Positions 55,632-63,283 of a stretch of 64,000 nt of DNA are shown here, piece by piece (position 1 is the first letter of the stretch; the number at the start of each line of letters is the position of its first letter). A program made the translations under genes and the position numbers. The stretch is taken from positions 186,818 through 250,817 of IMG/VR virus record IMGVR_UViG_3300021338_000003; one strand, 5' to 3'. The notes beneath the pieces were generated by a model. It was not told the origin of the DNA. It made no database searches and was given only the letters and a program-made list of their open reading frames with translations.

Positions 55632-57833
55632 ATGAACCACGCACCTTCGTCTGACGCCGGAATCGAAGAGGTTCAACCGATTTCAGTGGAAGAGCACAAG
55701 GTTCAATTTCCAAACGCCCTGTCTCAATTCGTCTTCACTCGAACTTACCCTCGCTGGAGAGAGGAAGACCAGCGCCGTGAGACTTTCGAGGAATCGGTTG
55801 AGCGCTATGTGACGTTCATCAAGGAAGAAAGGCCCAAAGTTCCCGCCGAGGTTCTGACCGAAATCAAGAACGCCTTGTTGTCCATGGAAGTGGCCCCGTC
55901 AATGCGCGCCTTCTGGAGTGCCGGACCGGCCGCCAAACGTGACAACACAATGTTCTACAATTGTTCTTTCATTCCCTTGGATTGCTTGCCCAGCTTTGGT
56001 GAGCTTCTATATGTTCTGATGATGGGCACTGGGGTTGGATACTCGGTTGAATCCAAATTCGTCAACAACCTCCCTACTGTGGCGAAGCCTATAGACGTTC
56101 CCCCTGAGTATATGGTGATACCAGATACCACCAAGGGATGGATGGATGCTCTCACCAAGGGTATGACTGCCTGGTACCAGGGCAGAGACATAACCTTCGA
56201 CTTTTCGAAGATTCGCGAGGCTGGTGCCCGTCTCAAGACCAAGGGTGGTCGTGCCTCCGGTCCCCAACCACTCAAGAATCTCCTCAATTTCACCAAGAAG
56301 GTCATTCAGGGTGCCATCGGCCGGAAGCTCTTCACCGTCGAGTGCAACGATATTGCCTGCATGGTTGGCGAAATTGTTGTGGCATCCGGTGTTCGCCGTT
56401 CTGCTCTTATCTCCTTCTCTGATCCGACCGACAACAAAATGCGGGATGCCAAGAAGTTCCCCATCTGCCAGGAATGCGGATTCGGATATGCCACGCATCT
56501 CTCCCAGGTCACTAATGAGATAGGCGTGGTTGTCACAGACCACGAGAAGGCCCACCTCATGGAGGAGCATGGAATGACCGAGGCCGAGTATCTGGAGAAA
56601 CATCCGGATGCCTACCTTGGGTTTGGGATGCACCGGTTCCTAGCCAACAATTCAGCATTCTGGTCCGAAAAGCCGAGCCGGGATATCTTCGATACTGAGT
56701 GGAAGGCCCTTCGTGATTCTGGGTCCGGCGAGCGTGGATTCTACTTCTTGCCCCCGGCCAAGGTAGCAGAGCGCGGTACCGCCGATATGAGGTCCAACCC
56801 ATGTGGTGAAATTCTCCTCCGCTACGCCATGGCTACGAACCCCTGGACGGGTGAAGGCGGTGGTGGTCAATTCTGCAACCTCAGCGCGGCCATCATGCGC
56901 CCATGGGACACCGTCGACACCATGGCCAAGAAGGTATACATCGCCACCTGGATTGGGGCCATCCAGTCTACCTTCATTGATTTCCCACACCTTCGCCCGG
57001 CCTGGAGAAAGCACTGCGAAGAGGACCGCCTGCTTGGCGTGGATATCACTGGCCATTGCGATAACCCGGCTCTATCCACCGACGAATTCGCCATGAAGGC
57101 CCTCAACACAATTGCCAACTCCACCGCCAGTATAGCCTCGGGTATCCTGGGAATCAACGAACCGAAGAGTGTTACCTGTGGAAAGCCCTCAGGTAACAGC
57201 AGCCAGTTGTTCGACTGCGCCTCTGGGTTCCATACCCGCTACGCTCCCTATTACATCCGACGCGTTCGGGTGTCGGCTACCGACCCCCTGTTCCAGCTGA
57301 TCCGGGACTCTGGTGTCCCCGTCCATAAGGACAACAAGTATCAGTCCTGGAACGACGCCGATTGCCCAACCTGGGTTGCTGAGTTCCCGGTCAAATCCCC
57401 GGAAGGTGCCATGACCCGGGACGACGAAGGAGCGATCGGTCAGCTCAACCGATACCTCCAGGTGATGAGAACCTGGATATCTACCCGAGGGCACAACCAG
57501 TCTGCTACCGTCTACGTCCGTGACCATGAGTGGGATGAGGTTGGTGACTGGTTGTTCGAGAATTGGAACCACGTCACGGGTCTATCCTTCCTACCCTATG
57601 ATGGCGGAAAGTACAGTCTGGCTCCTTACGAGGCTATCACCAAAGAGCAGTACGAAGCCCTGGTCAAGGACTTCCCAGATGTGGACTACAACCTCCTCCA
57701 ATTCTATGAGAAGGAAGACATGGGGCAAGGCAGTCAAGAGCTTGCCTGTGTCGGCGGGAGCTGCGAGGTCGATTGGTCAATCGGTGACGAACCTCCTCCC
57801 CTGGACGATATAGACGCTCTCGAAAGCAAGTAA
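55632..57833 (+). CDS. nrdJ: Class II (B12-dependent) ribonucleotide reductase, monomeric type, with a Zn-finger insertion
   Basis: FTRTYPRW..RETF, FYNCSF, SNPCGEI, FCNLS, KPSG, C-terminal LACVGGSCE; no NrdB nearby. Confidence 0.9.
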   Translation: MNHAPSSDAGIEEVQPISVEEHKVQFPNALSQFVFTRTYPRWREEDQRRETFEESVERYVTFIKEERPKVPAEVLTEIKNALLSMEVAPSMRAFWSAGPAAKRDNTMFYNCSFIPLDCLPSFGELLYVLMMGTGVGYSVESKFVNNLPTVAKPIDVPPEYMVIPDTTKGWMDALTKGMTAWYQGRDITFDFSKIREAGARLKTKGGRASGPQPLKNLLNFTKKVIQGAIGRKLFTVECNDIACMVGEIVVASGVRRSALISFSDPTDNKMRDAKKFPICQECGFGYATHLSQVTNEIGVVVTDHEKAHLMEEHGMTEAEYLEKHPDAYLGFGMHRFLANNSAFWSEKPSRDIFDTEWKALRDSGSGERGFYFLPPAKVAERGTADMRSNPCGEILLRYAMATNPWTGEGGGGQFCNLSAAIMRPWDTVDTMAKKVYIATWIGAIQSTFIDFPHLRPAWRKHCEEDRLLGVDITGHCDNPALSTDEFAMKALNTIANSTASIASGILGINEPKSVTCGKPSGNSSQLFDCASGFHTRYAPYYIRRVRVSATDPLFQLIRDSGVPVHKDNKYQSWNDADCPTWVAEFPVKSPEGAMTRDDEGAIGQLNRYLQVMRTWISTRGHNQSATVYVRDHEWDEVGDWLFENWNHVTGLSFLPYDGGKYSLAPYEAITKEQYEALVKDFPDVDYNLLQFYEKEDMGQGSQELACVGGSCEVDWSIGDEPPPLDDIDALESK

Positions 57834-57846
57834 TAACATCTTCCTG

Positions 57847-57888
57847 TGAGCCCCGCTGCCTTTTTCCGGTCTCAGGCAGCGGGGCTCA
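57847..57888. terminator. 15-bp perfect inverted repeat between convergent units
   Basis: tgagccccgctgcct-12 nt-aggcagcggggctca. Confidence 0.75.
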
Positions 57889-57997
57889 TCTATACTCGGG
57901 TGGGAGGACACTCTCCATATAATCCAGTTGCTCCTTGGTAAGACCAAGAAGGCAAACTTTCATAGGCCCGCAGGGTGCTTCCCGAATACTGGGGGTA

Positions 57998-58573
57998 TCA
58001 GAGAGTGCCTGATACCGCCTTCAAGAAGTGAACATGGGCCTTGATGACCTTCCGAGCAGCGACGACCGCAAGCCTCTCACTATCATAGATAGAGCGGCAA
58101 GAAGTCCGTTTCCAGTTATCGAGGGTCTGGTCTGTAATCCCATCGGACAGAAGCCAGGGCCATTCAGTCAAATTCTGCCCGGAGAGAGGAACCAGAGAAA
58201 GGCCATAATTCCAACCCTCTTGGACCTGGGCAACAAGGTCACCCTTCCATGTCCCATCCCAATACCAGCCGTCGCCCTTCATGTCGCGACGAAGACCAGC
58301 TTGTTCGGCCAGCGATGTGACCGACATGGGGGAGTATTCTGAATCAGCCTTGTTCTTGGACAACTTTCCGTTGACCTTTCGGCGGAAACGCCCCACTACT
58401 TCCATATCAGAGCCCTGAACCTCGGTGATCTCCCACCACTGAAGCACAGGAAACGTGAGAGACATCCCTTCTAGGGCGTCGAAAGCGTCCTCGAATTCAT
58501 CCCAGATGCCTCGAACCTCCTCGTGGTCCTCCATATCCGAGTACAAACGACTGACCATGAACACTGACTTCAC
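57998..58573 (-). CDS. Early hypothetical protein
   Basis: GTG start with AAGGAGGTG SD, downstream of promoter P4. Confidence 0.7.
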   Translation of the reverse strand: MKSVFMVSRLYSDMEDHEEVRGIWDEFEDAFDALEGMSLTFPVLQWWEITEVQGSDMEVVGRFRRKVNGKLSKNKADSEYSPMSVTSLAEQAGLRRDMKGDGWYWDGTWKGDLVAQVQEGWNYGLSLVPLSGQNLTEWPWLLSDGITDQTLDNWKRTSCRSIYDSERLAVVAARKVIKAHVHFLKAVSGTL

Positions 58574-58590
58574 GTTTCACCTCCTTCCCG

Positions 58591-58619
58591 ATTGTAGCAC
58601 GGCATAGAGGATCGCGCAA
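58591..58619 (-). promoter_or_regulatory. sigma70-type early promoter P4 (leftward)
   Basis: Reverse strand TTGCGC-gatcctctatgccgtgc(17)-TACAAT. Confidence 0.75.
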
Positions 58620-58628
58620 GGATCGCAC

Positions 58629-58657
58629 TTGCCACCTTTAACGTGCCATGTTATAAT
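58629..58657 (+). promoter_or_regulatory. sigma70-type early promoter P5
   Basis: TTGCCA-cctttaacgtgccatgt(17)-TATAAT. Confidence 0.85.
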
Positions 58658-58680
58658 ACTGGTATAGGAGGCAATCCAAA

Positions 58681-59172
58681 ATGTACAACACCGTCATCAC
58701 CAAGCCCGTCGTCAACCTCGTCGATGACGTCACCAGGGAGCGGGCCGTCGAGGCCATCAAGGACGTCGAGCAGACCGCCCAGGGTGTGGCCGAGCTGGAG
58801 CGGATCGGGTGGGATGGGGATATGGACATGATGCGACGGGCGGTAGTCGACATGCAGCACAAGGCGGCCAAGGCCCGTTTCAGCGTGGTCGAGGCCACCT
58901 ACAACCACTGGCTGGCCAACAAGTCCGAGAAGTGGCACATCGAGGTCGCCGAGACCGTCGCCGCCATGACCGGCGACTGCAGCGTGTGGAACAAGCACGG
59001 ATACGTCCGCCTCTACGCCAAGGGCAAGAGCCTCGGGGACGTCATGTGCATCCTCGGGAGCTTCGGACGGCGGAGTCTCACCCTGGCGGCCAAGGGACAC
59101 AACTGGGGTCCCCATCGCCGCTTGATGAACTGGTTGCGGTGGACGGCGTTCTGTGCCGAAATGGGGGTCTAG
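58681..59172 (+). CDS. Early hypothetical protein
   Basis: AGGAGG SD after P5. Confidence 0.7.
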   Translation: MYNTVITKPVVNLVDDVTRERAVEAIKDVEQTAQGVAELERIGWDGDMDMMRRAVVDMQHKAAKARFSVVEATYNHWLANKSEKWHIEVAETVAAMTGDCSVWNKHGYVRLYAKGKSLGDVMCILGSFGRRSLTLAAKGHNWGPHRRLMNWLRWTAFCAEMGV

Positions 59173-59182
59173 GATCGCGGTA

Positions 59183-59211
59183 TTGCGGACTCCCTTGTGC
59201 CATGTTATAAT
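59183..59211 (+). promoter_or_regulatory. sigma70-type early promoter P6
   Basis: TTGCGG-actcccttgtgccatgt(17)-TATAAT. Confidence 0.85.
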
Positions 59212-59230
59212 GGTTATACAAGGAGGCAAC

Positions 59231-59671
59231 ATGAAGACTATGAACCGCGATGGCTGGCCCCTCTGGGAGTTGACGTACAGCGTGGATGGGGCTGAGGACA
59301 TCACTCGCTTCTTCCGGCCCACGGGCGATGACGCAGCAGAGTTCGCCGCCGAACACGTGGCCGAGCTGGCCACCTATGCTGGCGATGTCGTCAGGATCGT
59401 CAGCCTCCGCCAGGCCGACAAGGAGGGCACCGTCGAAGTGTGGTTCGACGGTTACAGCCATCGCCGGACCATGAAGATGAAGTCCCCCACCGGCCGGACC
59501 CTCACCTTGGACTGTCACGGCCGGTGGGGCGAAATGTCTGAATCTATGACAGAGTTCGTCATGTGGTTCAACACTCTGAACTCCGACCAGTATAAGTGGC
59601 GCACCTGGTCTAAGAAAGTCATCCCTTACACTCTGATGGCCGAGTTCAAGAAGCTCGTCGAGTCCAAGTGA
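59231..59671 (+). CDS. Early hypothetical protein
   Basis: AAGGAGG SD after P6. Confidence 0.7.
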   Translation: MKTMNRDGWPLWELTYSVDGAEDITRFFRPTGDDAAEFAAEHVAELATYAGDVVRIVSLRQADKEGTVEVWFDGYSHRRTMKMKSPTGRTLTLDCHGRWGEMSESMTEFVMWFNTLNSDQYKWRTWSKKVIPYTLMAEFKKLVESK

Positions 59672-59701
59672 CTTGAGAAACACCCAATCTGAGGAGGACC
59701 A

Positions 59702-59923
59702 ATGGTCTTTGGTTACGTGATTTGGCATCCAGAGGCAAAGATGCTCATCGTCGAGGACTTGCCATCTGGCGGCTACCCTTGTACTTCAAGCACGCTGGTG
59801 ACCAACAGTGACGTGCGTCTCGTTTGCCGTTCCACAAAGGAAAAAGCGGAGGAATACGCCGAGACACTCCCCAGTCACATGGGCGATGGTTGGGTCGCCA
59901 AAGCTGTTGGACTCATCGAATAG
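59702..59923 (+). CDS. Small early hypothetical protein
   Basis: GAGGAGG SD. Confidence 0.65.
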   Translation: MVFGYVIWHPEAKMLIVEDLPSGGYPCTSSTLVTNSDVRLVCRSTKEKAEEYAETLPSHMGDGWVAKAVGLIE

Positions 59924-59946
59924 CACCCGCACCCAAAGGAGAGAGT

Positions 59947-60339
59947 ATGTTCGATTCGATCAAGAAGATCAAGGACAAGAAGTCCAGGAAGATGCTGGAA
60001 TACCTTTCGTACGGGTTCGAAGGGGAAGGAGAACGTCTGTTCGACTTCCTGGTTCACCTGGCCCACGTCGTTGGGGAGGGCGGAAACATCACCAGCCATG
60101 GCTACACCACCACGGTTCAACCCAGCCATGGGGAGTGGGAAGCAACCCTCGTTGTGGTTGGGAGGCAGGACGGGAAGTTCTCTGCAGTCCTGATTTGGGC
60201 AACCATCTGTGGAAAGGCAGAGGTGGTCCTCGATGGGATGTTTGGTCCTGACCGAGGGTCATCCCTGGCTGACGCCGTCATCAAGGCGGTGCGGGACCAC
60301 ACCACCAAGATCGGCTGGCATACGCCGGTGGACTTCTAG
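59947..60339 (+). CDS. Early hypothetical protein
   Basis: AAGGAG SD before ATG 59947. Confidence 0.65.
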   Translation: MFDSIKKIKDKKSRKMLEYLSYGFEGEGERLFDFLVHLAHVVGEGGNITSHGYTTTVQPSHGEWEATLVVVGRQDGKFSAVLIWATICGKAEVVLDGMFGPDRGSSLADAVIKAVRDHTTKIGWHTPVDF

Positions 60340-60352
60340 ACGATCCTCATAC

Positions 60353-60381
60353 TTGCGCCTCCTTGCATGCCATGTTATAAT
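60353..60381 (+). promoter_or_regulatory. sigma70-type early promoter P7
   Basis: TTGCGC-ctccttgcatgccatgt(17)-TATAAT. Confidence 0.85.
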
Positions 60382-60401
60382 GGGTATACAAGGAGGTAGC
60401 A

Positions 60402-60734
60402 ATGATCGACAGCATTCCCGGATACGACAAGTGGAAGACCAGTGGCCCGCCCGAGAACCCCATGGTCGATATCCTGAAGGTTTACGTAGAGTTCGACCCG
60501 ACCGACGACCTCCACCCCTTCACAATGCACCTCACCCACGAGCAGGTTCGGGTTCTGAACGAATATGAGGAAGAGGTGGTGTCGTCCAAGGAACACTCGG
60601 AGCCCCTCCCGAGCTTCCCCAACGACCCTGCGGAGGCTCTGTCTGACCTCCGCGAGGTAGTGGACGGCATGAGCCACTGTTGGCTGGAGTACGACGAATA
60701 CGACTCCGTAAATTTCACCTGGGGGCTGGCATGA
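60402..60734 (+). CDS. Very acidic small early protein
   Basis: AAGGAGGT SD; Asp/Glu far outnumber Lys/Arg. Confidence 0.7.
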   Translation: MIDSIPGYDKWKTSGPPENPMVDILKVYVEFDPTDDLHPFTMHLTHEQVRVLNEYEEEVVSSKEHSEPLPSFPNDPAEALSDLREVVDGMSHCWLEYDEYDSVNFTWGLA

Positions 60735-61102
60735 AGGTCGTTCTGTGGCTGGATGATATGAGGGACCCCAAGTCCTACGCCTACAAGGACCTGCTGGACA
60801 CCTTCTGTCCAGGTCGCGAAAAGGTGGTCTGGGCAAAGGATGCGTTTGCCTTCAAGGAGGAGTACCTTCAGGTATTCGAAGACCCCGACTCCCAGTTGGT
60901 TGGGGTCTTCTTTGACAACGACCTTGGGACCCCCGGAGGGGCGGACGGCCGCCATGTGTTCACCTGGATGGAACGGCACGTTCGAGAGAACAACATCCCC
61001 GAGTTTGAGTTGTACGCCCAGACCTCGAACCCCGCTGCCAAACGCGAGTTGAACGGTGGGTTCGCGTCCTTGCGGAGGTTCTGGGCAGGCATGGAGGACT
61101 AG
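60731..61102 (+). CDS. Cyclic-phosphate-processing receiver (cREC) domain protein
   Basis: LWLDDMRDP...VFFDNDLG...DG..V..W...TSNPAA... Confidence 0.7.
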   Translation: MKVVLWLDDMRDPKSYAYKDLLDTFCPGREKVVWAKDAFAFKEEYLQVFEDPDSQLVGVFFDNDLGTPGGADGRHVFTWMERHVRENNIPEFELYAQTSNPAAKRELNGGFASLRRFWAGMED

Positions 61103-61145
61103 GATTCCTAAACAGATTCAGGACATAGCCAGGAGGGCTAGAAAA

Positions 61146-61484
61146 ATGAGCAAGATGAATGGCTTTGGGGTAGCATTTGAGTCCGAAGGCGACTTCTACG
61201 GTATGGAGGGGGCCATCCAGGAGATGCAAAGTGCCACTTGCGGTGCTATCTTCGATGGGCGCGGGGAACTCATAGTCGTTACAAACGACGAGCGATGCAG
61301 CCTAGAAGACTTCATCTCGGAATACGGCAGGATGTATGGCGAGAGCTATGCCCCCAGCAAAAAAGAAGTGGTGAAGACACATAACGTGACCGGAGACGTC
61401 ACTGCCACGAGCAAGATGGATGAAATTGTGGCGAAGTACAAGAACGAAATCACGGCGGCGGGGGACATTCGTTTGAAGGACTAG
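61146..61484 (+). CDS. Hypothetical protein ending in a copy of the leader peptide
   Basis: AGGAGG upstream; C-terminus TSKMDEIVAKYKNEITAAGDIRLKD. Confidence 0.55.
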   Translation: MSKMNGFGVAFESEGDFYGMEGAIQEMQSATCGAIFDGRGELIVVTNDERCSLEDFISEYGRMYGESYAPSKKEVVKTHNVTGDVTATSKMDEIVAKYKNEITAAGDIRLKD

Positions 61485-62506
61485 ACCAGCCCTCGGGCAA
61501 TATCAACGGCTCGGTTGGCCTTCTCTTCATCGAATCCGACCCTCTCCTGCAGCCACCTTCCGAGGCCAGTGAGAGGGTCATTTGTCTCAATCTTCTGTAC
61601 CTCAGCCTTCGGCATCTTTCGGGGCGTGCTCCGCACGAGGTCACCTCGCCAGGACCTCATGGCCTCGATGTTGGAGGTCTTCAAGTGCACCCAAGAATCC
61701 GTCTCGACCTGCTCCAGGTCCTTCGGGTCGTCAGTCTCCAGGGCTACAAGCTTCTTGACCTTAGGATGATTGTTCTTAATGAGCTTCGGCCTGGTAGGGT
61801 GGTCGAGGTCCACCAGCAGGACTCCCTTGTTCGGAAGCTCCGAGAACTTGTGCTGGGCTGGAGACCCCGGATACCAGGCGTTCTTGAGGCCAGACAGGGG
61901 CTGACGCTTGTGAATATCCCCCATGGCCCAGTATGTCACCCGGTCATTCTTCTTGATGCGGACACCCTTCCGAGCCTTCCACCCCGAGTCATCAGTAACC
62001 CCAGCCACCATCTCATGACCGACAACCACGACGGGGTTATCACCCTCCACTTTGCGAATCAGACGATCGACCATCCGGCCATACCCGGTATCATCCTCGG
62101 TGCAAGGTACCAGAACGAACGTGCATCGGGGCATGTGGAGGATGCGGGGCTTGGTCTCCGTGAAGAAGACATGCGGCAACCTCTTGTCCCTTTGGAGGAT
62201 GGCAAGGTTGTGGAGGTTGGTATACCCGGATTCCAGTTCGTCGTGATTCCCCGGAATGATGACAATCGGGCGCTCGTCATACTTGAGCAGAGCCTCAAGG
62301 AAAATGTCCCTCACCTTGGGGTGGGGGTCCTTGTGGTCATATATGTCACCAGCAATCACTACATAATCGACATTCTTCTTCCGGGCCGTAGTGAAGATGA
62401 ACTCCAGTATACCCTTGTACCGGTCAAGCTTCCACTGAAAGGGGACATCCAATCGGCGAAGTGCTCCCAGGTGAATATCTGCAGTGTGAAGCAATCGAAC
62501 GCCCAT
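61481..62506 (-). CDS. Mre11/SbcD-family metallophosphoesterase nuclease
   Basis: TADIHLG, IAGDIYD, PGNHDE, GHE, MGDIH, YPGSP. Confidence 0.9.
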   Translation of the reverse strand: MGVRLLHTADIHLGALRRLDVPFQWKLDRYKGILEFIFTTARKKNVDYVVIAGDIYDHKDPHPKVRDIFLEALLKYDERPIVIIPGNHDELESGYTNLHNLAILQRDKRLPHVFFTETKPRILHMPRCTFVLVPCTEDDTGYGRMVDRLIRKVEGDNPVVVVGHEMVAGVTDDSGWKARKGVRIKKNDRVTYWAMGDIHKRQPLSGLKNAWYPGSPAQHKFSELPNKGVLLVDLDHPTRPKLIKNNHPKVKKLVALETDDPKDLEQVETDSWVHLKTSNIEAMRSWRGDLVRSTPRKMPKAEVQKIETNDPLTGLGRWLQERVGFDEEKANRAVDIARGLV

Positions 62507-62811
62507 CAGACCTTCCTCTTTTTCTTTCGCCGCCATATCTGATATTCACGGGCGGTCATTTCTGGAACAGGACGAATTGCTTCTGGCTCGGCCATGCACT
62601 GATTTTTGTGCCTCTCTGGAGGGACATAGACAGTATGGGTACCAAGGCACTCCTCTCCCTCGTGCATGTGAATGTCAAACACGTTGTCGAGGTCCGGAGT
62701 GGGAGACGCTCCAAGTTCTTTCTCCCTCTTACCCTCCTCGACTGCTCTGGCCTCAGGAAAGGTCTTCACCATCTTGTTACAGTGCGGGCACAGGTGTCTA
62801 GCCACGGTCAT
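62506..62811 (-). CDS. Small Zn-ribbon protein
   Basis: LCPHC...H...C..H; TGATG coupling to the nuclease gene. ORF track start is 62886. Confidence 0.5.
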   Translation of the reverse strand: MTVARHLCPHCNKMVKTFPEARAVEEGKREKELGASPTPDLDNVFDIHMHEGEECLGTHTVYVPPERHKNQCMAEPEAIRPVPEMTAREYQIWRRKKKRKV

Positions 62812-63283
62812 CCTCCGACAATCCTTTCGACCGGTCCCGACCCACATCCTCTTGAGACTTCCTAGTAGGAAGGGCAACAACTCCATCCTTATTAGAGGAG
62901 CCTCGAATTACAGACAGCACTGGCTCCAAGTGATGCGCCTGGGCTAGAACACGCGTCCCCTGTTCCAAGTCACTATACTCCGTGACGTCCATACCCAAAG
63001 CTTCAGCCACCATAGTTAGTGTACTCCCGGATTCCCGACGGGCTGACACCAGGGCCTCAATATGTAGAGTGTTGCGCCCCCGCACCTTGACCGTTGGAAA
63101 CACTCCCCGAGCTTCGAAGAAGTTAATTCGGTCAATCCAGATGCCCAAGCGAGTGGCTTGACCTCTGGGAACCGTAACCATCAGCGTTACGGTTTCAAGG
63201 TCCTCGCAGACCTCAAACTCGACATCAAGGTCATCTCTGGCTGCGATCGCTGCTGCCGTGTTGAGAGCCTGGTGAGGCTTCAC
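62798..63283 (-). CDS. Protein with a C-terminal XRE-type HTH
   Basis: LVSARRESGSTLTMVAEALGMDVTEYSDLEQG. Confidence 0.65.
   Translation of the reverse strand: MKPHQALNTAAAIAARDDLDVEFEVCEDLETVTLMVTVPRGQATRLGIWIDRINFFEARGVFPTVKVRGRNTLHIEALVSARRESGSTLTMVAEALGMDVTEYSDLEQGTRVLAQAHHLEPVLSVIRGSSNKDGVVALPTRKSQEDVGRDRSKGLSEDDRG

Noticed and set aside
57918-57923. TATAAT downstream of nrdJ as another family promoter
   Set aside because: No TTG -35 at 17 bp, no TGCC spacer and no plus-strand gene downstream.
57886-57963. 25-aa minus-strand ORF MKVCLLGLTKEQ...
   Set aside because: No clear SD, and it runs into the terminator arm; not supportable without Ribo-seq.
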